From Squalus acanthias (lineage: Eukaryota): a stretch of DNA of 64,000 nt. The notes under the pieces were generated by a model. It had not been told where the DNA came from, searched no databases, and saw only the letters and a program-made list of their open reading frames with translations. Shown one piece after another: positions 36,165 to 49,389 of the stretch. How positions within the stretch are numbered: the stretch's first letter is position 1; the number at the start of each line of letters is the position of its first letter. Where the stretch lies: contig CM059432.1 of the NCBI GenBank assembly GCA_030390025.1, positions 113,524,001 to 113,588,000 on the forward strand, read 5' to 3'. The translations under genes and the position numbers were made by a program.

Positions 36165-37513
36165 GTAAGTGCTGAGTGTGCAGCTGGAGTACGGTCCAGT
36201 ATTAGTAATGATTTCTGTAAAAATTGAAGTCGAGTCCTTGCATTTCAAATGCCAGAATATTTATTTCAGGTTTATCTCTTGACATTGAGTAAACCTAGCA
36301 GACGCATTTGTGCTTGTATTAGGTTGAGGAGTGAAGATTTTCCTATCTGCCATGTTCTAAACCTTTTAGTGGGATTGTAATCCAGTTGAAGGCTGGTATA
36401 TCTGCACAAGAAATGGAAGAAGGGAAAAATGTGAAAGGAAGTCACTCTGGGATCCATATAGACCAGAATTGTTAAGTAATTTGTCCCTGGGCCTCTACTT
36501 ATCTCAGCCAGTGGTGATGTTTGATGTGCAGGGAAAACAAGGTTGGGGGGGGGCGGTGATGGAGCATGGCTTTTTGATTGAATGAGAAATCAGGCAAGAA
36601 TGTCAAAAGACTTGCTGGATTAACAAGTATTTTCATGCAAAAACCTTCAAGCGTACTACTATCATTATAATACCTGTGTTACAAGCCTAACTTTGCAGCG
36701 TCTGTTTATAGAGCATCAGTTGGCAACGAGTCAACACTGCAGCTAGCAAATAATGGGAAGAAGCTGTGTGATGGAAATAGTAACACAAATATTGATCTCG
36801 GGTATACTGATTCATACTTTGCTTTTCCATTTCCTACATAATGTATGGGAGCTGGGTTGCAATCCTACATGAAAATACTAAAATACCTCAGAATCATAGA
36901 ATGGCTACAGCACAGAAGAAGGGCATTCGGCCCATCGAGCCTGTGCCGGCTCTCTGCAAGAGCACTTCAGCTAGTCCCACTCCCCTGCCTTTTCCCCGTA
37001 GCCCTGCAAATTTTTTCCTTCAGGTACTTATCCAATGCCCTTTTGAAAACCATGATTGAATCTGCCTCCACCACCCTATCAGGCAGTGCATTCCAGATCC
37101 TAACCACTCGCTACGTAAAAAAGTTTTTCCTCATGTTGTCTTTGGTTCTTTTGCCAATCACCTTAAATCTGTGTCCTCTGGTTCTCGACCCTTCTGCCAA
37201 TGGGAACAGTTTCTCTCTATCTACTCTGTCCAGACCCCTCATGATTTTGAAAAGCTCTATCAAATCTCCTCTTAATCTTCTCTAGTCTAAGGAGAACAAC
37301 CCCAGCTTCTCCAGTCTATCCACGAAACTGAAGTCCCTCATCCCTGGAATCATTCTCGTAAATCTCTTCTACACCCTCTCTAAGGCCTTCACATCCTTCC
37401 TAAAGTGCAGTGCCTAGAATTGGACACAATACTCCAGTTGAGGCCGAACCAGTGTTTTATAAAGGTTCGTCATAACTTACTTGCTTTTGTACTCTATACC
37501 TCTATACCTCACT

Positions 37514-37550
37514 TCACCTGACGAAGGAGCAGCGCTCCGAAAGCTTGTGA
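37514..37550 (+). ncRNA. minimal type I hammerhead ribozyme (Penelope-like terminal fragment 37506-37640)
   Basis: TCAC-CTGACGA-A-GGAGC-agc-GCTCC-GAAA-gc-TT-GTGA. This gives an intact core, a 5-bp stem II, a 4-bp stem I and palindromic AGCT in place of stem III. Confidence 0.7.
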
Positions 37551-38069
37551 TTTCAAATAAAGCTGTTGGACTATAACCTGGTGTTGTGCGACTTCTCACA
37601 TTTGTCCACCCCAGTCCAACACCGGCATCTCCACATCATGTCTATTTATGAAGCCCAGGATCCCGTAAGCTTTTTAACTGCTTTCTCAACCTGCCCTGCC
37701 ACCTTCAATGATTTGTGCACATATACCCCTAGGTCTCTCTGTTCATGCACCCCCTTTAGGATTGTACCCTTTAGTTTATATTTCCTCTCCCCATTCTTTC
37801 TACCAAATTGGATCACTTTGCAATTTTCTGCGTTAAATTTCATCTGCCATGTGTCCGTCCATTCCACCAGCCTGTCTATGTCTTCTGCACTTTAGGAAGG
37901 ATGTGAAGGCCTTAGAGAGGGTTCCTCACTGTTCACTATACTTCCAAGTTTTTTGTCATCTGCACATTTTGAAATTGTGTCCTGTACACCCACATCCAAA
38001 TCATTAATATATATCAAGAAAAGCAGTGGTCCAAGTACCGACCCCTGGGGAACACCACTGTGTACCATC

Positions 38070-38810
38070 CTCCAGCAAGCGAGAGTCTAACCACCTCCCC
38101 TTGACATTCAATGGCATTACGATCGCCGAATCCCCCACCATCAATATCCTGGGGGTCACCATTAACCAGAAACTTAACTGGACCAGCCATATAAATACTG
38201 TGGCAACAAGAGCAGGTCAGAGGCTAGGTATTCTGCGGCGAGTGTCTCACCTCCTGACTCCCCAAAGCCTTTCTACCATCTACAAGGCACAAGTAAGGAG
38301 TGTGATGGAATACTCTCCACTTGCCTGGATGAGTGCAGCTCCAACAACACTCAAGAAGCTCGACATCATCCAGGACAAAGCAACCCGCTTGATGGGCGCC
38401 CCATCCACCACCTTAAACATTCACTCCCTCCACCACCGGCGTACCGTGGCTGCAGTGTGTACCATCTACAAGCTGCACTGCAGCAACTCACCAAGGCTCC
38501 TTCGGCAGCACCTCCCAAACCCATGACCTCTTCCACCTAGAAGGACAAGGGCAGCAGGCGCATGGGAACACCACCACCTCCAAGTTACACGCCATCCTGA
38601 CTTAGAAGTATATCGCCGATCCTTCATCATCGCTGGGTGAAAATCCTGGAACTCCCTCCCCAACAGCACTGTGGGAGTACCATCACCACACGGACTGCAG
38701 CGCTTCAAGAAGGTGGCTCACCACCACCTTCTCGAGGGCAACTAGGGATGGGCAATAAATGCTGGCCTTGCCAGCGACGCCCTGATCCCATAAACAAATT
38801 TTTTTTTAAA
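38070..38810 (+). mobile_element. non-LTR retrotransposon RT 3' fragment (clade not determined)
   Basis: INILGVTI.QKLNW..HI...YKAQVRSVMEYSPLAW. Confidence 0.85.
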
Positions 38811-38880
38811 GTCCGAAAAACAACTGTTCACCACTAATCTCTGTTTCCTGTCACTTAGCCAATTTTGTATTCATTGTATC

Positions 38881-41040
38881 CCTTTGTGGGGCCGCTGACC
38901 CCGCGCTCTTTGTGGGGCCGCTGACCCCCCGCTCTTTGCGGGGCCGCTGAGCCCCCCGCTCTTTGCGGGGCCGCTGAGCCCCCCGCTCTTTGCGGGGCCG
39001 CTGACCCCCCGCTCTTTGCGGGGCCGCTGACCCCCCGCTCTTTGCGGGGCCGCTGAGCCCCCGCTCTTTGCGGGGCCGCTGAGCCCCCGCTCTTTGCGGG
39101 GCCGCTGAGCCCCCGCTCTTTGCGGGGCCGCTGAGCCCCCGCTCTTTGCGGGGCCGCTGAGCCCCCCGCTCTTTGCGGGGCCGCTGACCCCCCGCTCTTT
39201 GCGGGGCCGCTGAGCCCCCCGCTCTTTGCGGGGCCGCTGAGCCCCCGCTCTTTGCGGGGCCGCTGAGCCCCCCGCTCTTTGCGGGGCCGCTGACCCCCCG
39301 CTCTTTGCGGGGCCGCTGACCCCCCGCTCTTTGCGGGGCCGCTGACCCCCCGCTCTTTGCGGGGCCGCTGACCCCCCGCTCTTTGCGGGGCCGCTGACCC
39401 CCCGCTCTTTGCGGGGCCGCTGACCCCCCGCTCTTTGCGGGGCCGCTGACCCCCCGCTCTTTGCGGGGCCGCTGACCCCCCGCTCTTTGCGGGGCCGCTG
39501 ACCCCCCGCTCTTTGCGGGGCCGCTGACCCCCCGCTCTTTGCGGGGCCGCTGACCCCCCGCTCTTTGCGGGGCCGCTGACCCCCCGCTCTTTGCGGGGCC
39601 GCTGACCCCCCGCTCTTTGCGGGGCCGCTGACCCCCCGCTCTTTGCGGGGCCGCTGACCCCCCGCTCTTTGCGGGGCCGCTGACCCCCCGCTCTTTGCGG
39701 GGCCGCTGACCCCCCGCTCTTTGCGGGGCCGCTGACCCCCCGCTCTTTGCGGGGCCGCTGACCCCCCGCTCTTTGCGGGGCCGCTGACCCCCCGCTCTTT
39801 GCGGGGCCGCTGACCCCCCGCTCTTTGCGGGGCCGCTGACCCCCCGCTCTTTGCGGGGCCGCTGACCCCCCGCTCTTTGCGGGGCCGCTGACCCCCCGCT
39901 CTTTGCGGGGCCGCTGACCCCCCGCTCTTTGCGGGGCCGCTGACCCCCCGCTCTTTGCGGGGCCGCTGACCCCCCGCTCTTTGCGGGGCCGCTGACCCCC
40001 CGCTCTTTGCGGGGCCGCTGACCCCCCGCTCTTTGCGGGGCCGCTGACCCCCCGCTCTTTGCGGGGCCGCTGACCCCCCGCTCTTTGCGGGGCCGCTGAC
40101 CCCCCGCTCTTTGCGGGGCCGCTGACCCCCCGCTCTTTGCGGGGCCGCTGACCCCCCGCTCTTTGCGGGGCCGCTGACCCCCCGCTCTTTGCGGGGCCGC
40201 TGACCCCCCGCTCTTTGCGGGGCCGCTGACCCCCCGCTCTTTGCGGGGCCGCTGACCCCCCGCTCTTTGCGGGGCCGCTGACCCCCCGCTCTTTGCGGGG
40301 CCGCTGACCCCCCGCTCTTTGCGGGGCCGCTGACCCCCCGCTCTTTGCGGGGCCGCTGACCCCCCGCTCTTTGCGGGGCCGCTGACCCCCCGCTCTTTGC
40401 GGGGCCGCTGACCCCCCGCTCTTTGCGGGGCCGCTGACCCCCCGCTCTTTGCGGGGCCGCTGACCCCCCGCTCTTTGCGGGGCCGCTGACCCCCCGCTCT
40501 TTGCGGGGCCGCTGACCCCCCGCTCTTTGCGGGGCCGCTGACCCCCCGCTCTTTGCGGGGCCGCTGACCCCCCGCTCTTTGCGGGGCCGCTGACCCCCCG
40601 CTCTTTGCGGGGCCGCTGACCCCCCGCTCTTTGCGGGGCCGCTGACCCCCCGCTCTTTGCGGGGCCGCTGACCCCCCGCTCTTTGCGGGGCCGCTGACCC
40701 CCCGCTCTTTGCGGGGCCGCTGACCCCCCGCTCTTTGCGGGGCCGCTGACCCCCCGCTCTTTGCGGGGCCGCTGACCCCCCGCTCTTTGCGGGGCCGCTG
40801 ACCCCCCGCTCTTTGCGGGGCCGCTGACCCCCCGCTCTTTGCGGGGCCGCTGACCCCCCGCTCTTTGCGGGGCCGCTGACCCCCCGCTCTTTGCGGGGCC
40901 GCTGACCCCCCGCTCTTTGCGGGGCCGCTGACCCCCCGCTCTTTGCGGGGCCGCTGACCCCCCGCTCTTTGCGGGGCCGCTGACCCCCCGCTCTTGGCGG
41001 GGCCCCGCTGACCCCGCTCCCCTTGTAGCCCCGCTGACCC
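38881..41040. repeat. 26-bp GC-rich minisatellite (GCTCTTTGCGGGGCCGCTGACCCCCC) roughly 80 copies
   Basis: Directly visible periodicity. Variant units lie at the left end and the core is homogeneous. Confidence 0.98.
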
Positions 41041-42127
41041 CGTTCCTCTCGCCCTCTTTAAAGCGCCGATGTTCCCGCTCCTGTTGCTGCTCCTCTTAAA
41101 GGATTTGTTATTAAATTGCTTTGCTTCTGTACCCCCTTTCTCACTTTTCAACCTGACTGACAAGGCCATCCCTTTCCGAAAGCTGAGTTATTTCAGGTCA
41201 GAAATTTACCACTTGAAAGTGTGTATTCATTACCCTCAGACACGGGTAATTTTATGGCCATAGCACTTGTGCCTGCAGATGGCAACTCTTCAATAAGAGC
41301 AGTGTCCATAATACTTTTGTATTGTAAGTCCGTAATTTATAACTTTTATTTCCATTTTTAATGTTCTTCAAAGTATAAGATGGTTGCAGTTTTAACTTTC
41401 GCACCCAGTATCAGGATCAGTGTTCAAGTACACCACAATCCAGTGGCAGAGTAAAGCTTCCTCTTTTCTACTCCCGATAACAACTCTCAATCCCAACCTT
41501 AGAGTAACAATGATTATTGGATTTTCACAATGGGCACCCTCATGTTCTCTCATTTAAGACTGTCCATTTGTGTAGAATTATGGGTGGCATTATCCTGTGG
41601 ATTTGTAGTACCTCAGGAGGTTGGAATGGAGTACCAGCAAGCTTAGGAATGGAATAAAGAGGGAGGTGGATGCTTATGCTTAGTAAAGCAAGGGCTCCTT
41701 AAATCAAACTCTGGTCTTGTAAAGGCCTAAGGGTCTCTACGTCACCTTGTAGGTGAAATTGCAACTTTTTTCAGGTAATCATTTTATTCCAATGATAATT
41801 GGAATTCACACACCTTGGAATTTGCAATATTTAAAGAATAGAATTATCAAAAGCTTTCTCCTTTGTCTCAACCTGGATGTGGAGTGTCAGGGTGACTGTT
41901 GTACAGTGTCATCTTTTTATTGTATTGATCTTGGTTGTGAACAGCAACTTGGAATACTTGACGCTACACGATTGGCATGTACAGTAGAGATTTCTAGTAA
42001 TAAGTAAAATCATTAATTGCTGTATTTATCAAGTGTTTACTTCTGATTACTGTCAATTGGCTACATGGACTGTATTTACTGTGCCAGAAATCATACAGCT
42101 CGCAAATTAATACTTGAGATAGTGTGC

Positions 42128-43055
42128 CTGAGGAGTTCCTCAGGACAGTGTCCTAGGCCCAACCATCTTCAGCTGCTTCATCAACGACCTTTCCTCCATC
42201 ATAAGGTCAGAAGTGGGGATGTTCGCTGATGACTGCACAGTGTTCAGCGCCATTTGCAACTCTTCAGATAATGAAGCAGTCCATCCCCGCATGCCGCAAA
42301 ACCTGGACGACATTCAGGCTTGGGCTGATAAGTGGCAGGTAACATTCGCGCCACACAAGTGCCAGGCAATGACCATCTCCAACAAGCGAGCATCTAACCA
42401 CAGCCCCTTGACATTCATCGGCATCACCATCGCCGAATCCCCCACCATCAATATCCTGGGGGTCACCATTGACCAGAAATTTAACTGGACCAGTCACATA
42501 AATACTGTGGCAACAAGAGCAGGTCAGTGGCTGGGTATTCTGCGGCGAGTGTCTCACCTCCTGACTCCCCAAAGCCTTTCCACCATCTATAAGGCACAAG
42601 TAAGGAGTGTGATGGAATACTCTCCACTTGCCTGGATGAGTGGAACTCCAACAACACTCAAGAAGCTCGACACCATCCAGGACAAAGCAACCCGCTTGAT
42701 TGGCACCCCATCCACCGCCTTAAACATTCACTCCCTCCACCGTGGCTGCAGTGTGTACCATCTACAAGATGCACTGCAGCAACTCCCAAACCCGCGACCT
42801 CTTCCACCTAGAAGGACAAGGGCAGTAGGCGCATGGGAACACCACCACCTGCAAGTTCCCCTCCAAGTCACACACCATCCTGACATATCGTCGCTGGGTC
42901 AAAATCCTGGAACTCCCTCCCTAACAGCACTGTGGGAGTACCTTCACCACACGGACTGCAGCAGTTCAAGAAGGTGGCTCACCACCACCTTCTCGAGGGC
43001 AATTAGGGATGGGCAATAAATGCCAGCGATGCCCACATCCCGGGAATGAATTTTT
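42128..43055 (+). mobile_element. non-LTR retrotransposon RT 3' fragment, same family as 38070
   Basis: GVPQDSVLGPTIF, MFADD, KWQVTFAPHKCQ and VRSVMEYSPLAW. Confidence 0.9.
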
Positions 43056-44825
43056 AAAAAGCCCTGTCAAAATCTCCCAACACTTCACACAATGAAGTGC
43101 AGTGCCTTGTGTCTGTTTTTGCAACAGAGCAATTTGGGCAGAAAATGTTATGATATGGTTGGTGATTAACAAAGCTAGAAAATAACTGTCAAAGGAGATA
43201 AATAGGTATTTAAGCAATAGGAAGAGCAACATTGACAGACTTGACACTTATCACATAGAGGACAGACACACACAATGTTATTGTAAATTTTTCGATCAAA
43301 AATATGAATTGAAATAAGCAGTACAATAAGGTCTCAATCCACACAATTCTTCCTTCATTCCTGCAATTAAGTCTCTCCACTTCTAAACGTAGCTCACTAT
43401 GTGAAGTGCTTCGAGAAATTTCAGCACAAGGTGCTACATGTGTGCAAGTACCTTAATTTAAACAAGGTCATTATCTTCAAAATAAAAGTGGGTGATCTGT
43501 TTTCTGAAAGCAATTGTTTAATTTCTAGCTGTTTGATTTATTTGAAGACTGAGAAAGCTGTAAGCCCAGTGGAAAAAGATGGAGATAATGGGGCAACAAT
43601 TATCGGCTTGTGTATAAAACTAATTAGTTTCAGTAATCCAAGGTCCTTTTATAGGCGAAGGAAAGCCTACATAAGAACAGTAAAGTATAAGAGAAGGCCA
43701 TGCAGCCCACTTAAGATTTTCCCGTTACTACCCTTGCTCTTCCAACCGAGCATCCAGCTACATTTTAATGACCCTTATCTCTGGTACCTTACCCGCCAGA
43801 TTATTCTAAACATTTATCATTTTAGCAAAGACATTCTTTGCAAATTATATTTGTTTTTAAATTACTTTTTACTAACTTTTAGTTTACCTTATTAATATTT
43901 TATACCTCTCTTGTCTAAACTGTAGAGCTTGAATTTCTCTAATCTTCTCAATCATGCAGTCAAATAGATTTAAAAAATTAGTAAAATATATATCCTTTTT
44001 TATTTTTAACTTCTTTCATGGATGAGCAACAGCCTATTCATTGCTAATTCCACTAAAGACCTATATAAATGCTTTAAAAAAATAAATAGATCGGTCATGA
44101 TATTTATATTAATATATAAATAAATTTCAAAGAGACGGCTGAGACACAATGGGCCGAATGGCCGGCCTCCTTCTGTGCTGTATGATTCTCTATGCTTTTT
44201 CTGAGATTATGGGGTAATTCACTCGCAGGGATCAGCGATCAGTGTTCTCACTCTGTCTCCAACCTGTACTCCCTTGAAGAGTGGCCTCCTGGGAATCTAG
44301 ATTTATTTTTTCATCCTTTTTCCCATCCCCCCTCGTATTAATGAATGGATCTTAATGAAATGTTTGCCAGTCATAAGCTGCACATTTTCTACCCTCTCAA
44401 GAGGGTTTCCTACTTGGCATCAAATAGCAAAATTGGTATAGAAGTGGTACGTGGGAGGAAACCTGCTTGCACCTATGGATTTTGAGAACATTATGTGACA
44501 CATGTATCCATTCAGTCCTGTCTATGCCTCACAATTAAGATGTGCCACAGTGCCCCACCTCCTCTCACCACCTTCCTTTCCCCCCACCCCCGCACTCCTC
44601 ACCAACAGTGCATTGGTAATCAAACTATGAACAGGAAGTAGACCTTTTTGTCTATTCACTTAAAAGGCAATGGCCTCCAGAAGACATCCATTGATAAACA
44701 CGCGATTAAGGCTTCCGATGCTCATTGTTTTAAAATGCTCTGTGCAAATTTGTGCCAGATATTTTTGAAGAAATAGAAGTTGTTGGTGCACAATTTGTAA
44801 AACCCTCATGGTACCCTTTAGAGTG

Positions 44826-47800
44826 GAAGCATAGAAGCATAGAAGATAGGAGCAGGAGTAGGCCATTCGGCCCCTTGAGCCTGCGCCGCCATTTAATGAG
44901 ATCATGGCTGATCATCCAAATTCAGTACCCTGTCCCTGCTTTCTCCCCATATCCCTTGATCCCTTTAGCCTTAAGAAATATATCTATCTCCTTCTTGAAT
45001 ATATTTAATGAATTGTCCTCAACTGCTTACTGTGGTAGAGAATTCCACAGGTTCACCATTCTCTGGGTGAAGAAATTCCTCCTCATCTCAGTCCTAAATG
45101 GCTTACCCCTTATCCTTAGACTGTGACCTCTGGTTCTGGACTCCCCCGCCATCGGGAACATCCTTCCTGCATCTGGTCTGTCTAGTCCTGTTAGAATTTT
45201 ATAAGTTTCAATGAGATCCCCTCTCATTCTTCTAAACTCTAGCGAATATAAGCCTAATCGACCCAATCTCTCTTCATACGTCAATCCTGCCATCCCAGGT
45301 ATCAGTCTGGTGAATCTTTGCTGCACTCCCTCCATGGCAAGAACATCCTTCCTCAGATAAGGCGACCAAAACTGCACACAATACTCAAGGTGTGGTCTCA
45401 CCAAGGCCCTGTACAATTGCAGCAAAACATCCTTGCTCCTGTACTCGAATCCTCTCGCTATGAAGGCCAACATACCATTTGCCGCCTTAACCGCCTGCTG
45501 CACCTGCATGCTTACCTTCAGCGACTGGTGCACAAGGACACCCAGGTCTCATTGCACTTCCCCTTTTCCCAATCTATTGCCGTTCAAATAATAATCTGAC
45601 TTCCTGTTTTTGCCACCAAAGTGGATAACCTCGCATTTATCCACATTATACTGCATCTGCCCAATCACCCAACCTGTCCAAATCATACTGGAGTTTCTCT
45701 GCATCCTCCTCACAGCACACACGCCCACCCAGCTTTGTGTCGTCTGCAAACTTAGAGATATTACATCTAGTTCCCTCGTCTAGATCATTAATATAGATTG
45801 TGAATAGCTGGGGTCCTAGCACCGATCCCTGCGGTACCCCACGAGTCACTGCCTGCCACTCGGAAAAAGACCCGTTTATTCCAACTCTTTGCTTCCTGTC
45901 CGCCAACCAGTTCTCTATCCAAATCAGCACCTTACCCCCAATCCCTTGTGCTTTAACTTTGCACGCTAATCTCTTATGTGGGACCTTATCGAAAGCCTTC
46001 TGAAAGTCCAAATACACCACATCCACTGGTTCTCCCTTATCTATTCTGCAAGTTAGATCCTCAAAAAATTCCAGTAGATTAGTCAGGCATGATTTCCCTT
46101 TTGTAAATCCATGTTGACTTTGTCAGATCCTGTCACTGTTTTCCAAGTGCTCTGCTATTACATCTTTTATAATGGACTTTAGCATTTTCCCTACTACCGA
46201 TGTCAGGCTTACCAGTCTATAATTCCCCGTTTTTTCTCTACCACCTTTTTTAAATAGTGGGGTTACATTAGCTACCCTCCAATCCATGGGAACTGTTCCA
46301 GAGTCTCTAGAATTTTGAAAGATGATCAGCAATGCATCTACCATTTCTTGGGCCACTTCCTTAATTACCCTAGGATGTAGATTATCAGGCCCTGGGGCAT
46401 TTATCGGCCTTCAATCCCATCAATTTCCCTAACACCATTTCCCTACAAATACTGATTTCATTAAATTCCTCCCTCTCATTAGACCCTATGTTCCCCGACA
46501 CCTCTGGGAGTTTATTTGTGTCCTCCTTTGTGAAGACACAACCAAAGTATGAATTTAATTGGTCTGCCATTTCTTTGTTCCCCATTATAAATTCCCCTGA
46601 TTCTGACTGCAAGGGACCTACGCTTGACTTCACCAATCTTTTTCTCTTCACATATCTATAGAAGCTTCTACAGTCAGTTTTTATGTTCCCTGCAAGCTTA
46701 CTCTCTCACTCTGTTTTCCCCCTCTTAATTAATCCCTTTGTCCTCCTTTGCTGAATCCTAAACTGCTCCCAATCCTCAGGTTTGCTGCTTTTTCTGGCCA
46801 ATTTATATGTCCTCTCCTTGGATCTTATGCTATCCCTAATTTCCCTTGTTAGCCACGGTTGAGTCACCTTTTTTGTTTTATTTTTATGCCAAATAGGGAT
46901 GAACAATTTCTGTAGTTCATCCATGTGATCTTTAAATGTTTGCCATTGCCTATCCACCGTCAACCCTTTAAGTAACGCTCCCCAATCCATCCTAGCCAAC
47001 TCGTGCCTCATATCATCGTAGTTTCCTTTATTTAAATTCAGGACCCTAGTCTCTGAGTCAACTACTTCACTCTCCATCTTAATGAAGAATTCTATCATAT
47101 TATGATCGCTCCTCCCCAAGGGGCCTCGCACAACAAGATTGCTAATTAATCCTTTCTCATTATATTATACCCAGTCTAAGATGGCCTGATCTCTAGTTGG
47201 TTCCTTGACATATTGGTCCAGGAAACCATCTCGTATACACTCTAGGAATTCCTCCTCCACAGTATTGTTACTAATTTGGTTAGCCCAATCTATATGTAGA
47301 TTAAAGTCACCCATGATAACTGCTGTGCCCTTATTGCACGCATCTCTAATTTCCCGTTTAATGCCATCCCCAACCTCAGCATTACTGTTTGGGGGTCTGT
47401 ATACAACTCCCACTAACGTTTTCTGCCCCTTGGTATTTCTCAGCTCTACCCATACAGATTCCACATCATCAGAGCTAATATCCTTCCTTACTATTGTGTT
47501 AATCTCTTTAACCAGCGATGCTACCCCACCTCTTTTCCTTTTTGTCTGTCCTTCCTGAATATTGAATACCCCTGGATGTTGAATTTCCAGCCTTGGTCAC
47601 CCTGGAGCCATGTCTCCGTAATTACAATTATATCATATCCGTTTACATCTATTTGCACAGCTAATTCATCCACCTTATTACGAATGCTCCTCGCATTAAG
47701 ACACAAAGCCTTCAGGCTTGTTTTTTTAACGCTCTTATTCCTTTCAGAATTATTATTTACTGTAGCCCTGTTTGATTTACACCCTTGATTTCTCTGCCTT

Positions 47801-48482
47801 CCACTTTTGCTTTTCTCCTTCCTGTCTTTTGCTTCTATCCTTGCTTCCCTTTCCTCTGTTTCCCTGCACAGGTTCCCAACCCCCTGCCATTTTAGTTTAA
47901 ACCCTCCCCAATAGCACTAGCAAACACTCCCCCTGAGACATCGATCTCGGTCCTGCCCAGGTGCAAACCGTCCAGTTTGTACTGGTCCCACCTCCCCCAG
48001 AACCGGTTACAATGTCCCAGGAATTTGAATCCTTCCCCCTTGCACCATTCCTCTAGCCATGTATTCATCTGAAATATCCTTCTATTTCTGCTCTGACTAG
48101 CACGTGGCACCAGTAGCAATCCTGAGATTACTACCTTTGAGGTCCTATTTTTTAATTTACCTCTTAACTCCCTATATTCAGCTTTTAGGACCTCAACCCG
48201 TTTTTTACCTATATCGTTGGTACCTATATGTACCACAACAACTGGCTGTTCACCCTCCCCCTCCAGAATGCCCTGCAGCCGCTCCAAGACATCTTTGACC
48301 CTTGCACCAGGGAGGCAACATACCATCCTGGAGTCTCCTTTGCGGCCGCAGAAACGCCTATCTATTCCCCTTACAATAGAATCCCCTATCACTATAGCTC
48401 TCCCACTCTTTTTCCTCCCGTCCTGTGCAGCAGAACCACCCATGGTGCCAGGAAGTTGGCTGCTGCTGCCTTCCCCCGATAA
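44826..48482 (-). mobile_element. near-complete CR1 LINE (ORF1 SGNH esterase, ORF2 APE endonuclease + RT), decayed
   Basis: ORF1: IGDSIVR...HIGTNDIG...[58 protein letters not shown]. Confidence 0.95.
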
Positions 48483-48483
48483 G

Positions 48484-48937
48484 GGGCAACACGGTGGCAT
48501 AGTGGTTAGCACTGGTGCCTCACAGCGCCAGGGACCCGGGTTCGAATCTGGCCTCGGGTGACTGTCTGTGTGGAGTTTGCACATTCTCCCCGTGTCTGCG
48601 TGGGTTTCCTCCGGGTGCTCCGGTTTCCTCCCACAGTCCAAAAATGTGCGGGTTAGGTTGATTTGGCTTTGATAAATTGACCCTTAGTGTTAGGGGGGGA
48701 TTAAATATGTGGGGTTACGGGGATAGGATAGGAAGGGATATGTTAGGGGGAATTAAATACGTGGGGTTACGGGGATAGGGTGGGATATGTGTCGGTGCAG
48801 GCTCGATGGGGATTCTGTGTGAGGAAAGCAGGGACAGGGTACTGGATTTGGATGATCAGCCATGATCGTATTGAATGGTGGAGCAGGCTCGACGGGCCGA
48901 ATGGCCTACTCCTGCTCCTAGTTTCTATGTTTCTATG
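48484..48937 (+). mobile_element. HE1-like V-SINE
   Basis: Nearly identical to the 32154 copy, with a longer internal variable region. Confidence 0.85.
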
Positions 48938-49256
48938 TTAAGTCATCTCCCTCAACAATATCCAAAGTGGTATATCTGTTTGGAAATTATTTTGGCAGTG
49001 CTGGAGAATCTATACCACGTCATGAATCTAAAGGAACAGTACAATGCACGAAGAACTGAGAAGTGCTGTTGTATTAGCGGTTGAGTGCTTAATCAGCAAA
49101 ATTATTCTCCGGTTTAGTTTGATGTATTTAAATTAAATCTCTCCAAACCAGTAACTTGTCTCATTTGATCTGTTTTGAGGAAATGGATCAATATCAATAA
49201 GTGCTACGGTGTTTGTACCAGTATCAGGAGATCTCAGTTGTTTTCTTGTTTATAAG

Positions 49257-49389
49257 GTCTTTTGAAACCCATTTGTCAAGAGTTGAAGCTGAACTGCTGC
49301 GAAGAGAGGCTCCTCCGTCCTATGGCCAGTTAATTGCGCAAGGCTTAATTCCCCCAGTGGAGGATTTCCCTGTTTGCTCATCAAACCAG
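49257..49389 (+). CDS. LRP12: LRP12 exon 6 (juxtamembrane cytoplasmic)
   Basis: Encodes RSFETHLSRVEAELLRREAPPSYGQLIAQGLIPPVEDFPVCSSNQ. AAG acceptor and CAG|GTAATG donor. Confidence 0.95.

Larger units (their letters stand above)
36890..38880 (-). mobile_element. CR1 fragment hosting a Penelope-like terminal fragment and another LINE fragment
   Basis: Minus-strand RT motifs (WQMKFNAENCKVIQFG) and the CR1 tail at 36890. Confidence 0.85.

Noticed and set aside
38851..41169. 772-aa repetitive ORF
   Set aside because: It is the translation of the 26-bp minisatellite, which has no stop codons on that strand. No coding evidence.
43401..43895. 164-aa ORF in intron 5
   Set aside because: AT-rich, with no recognisable motif or splice support.
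47892..48641. Host SGNH/GDSL esterase gene
   Set aside because: It is CR1 ORF1 directly upstream of APE-RT, and its N-terminus is antisense SINE sequence.
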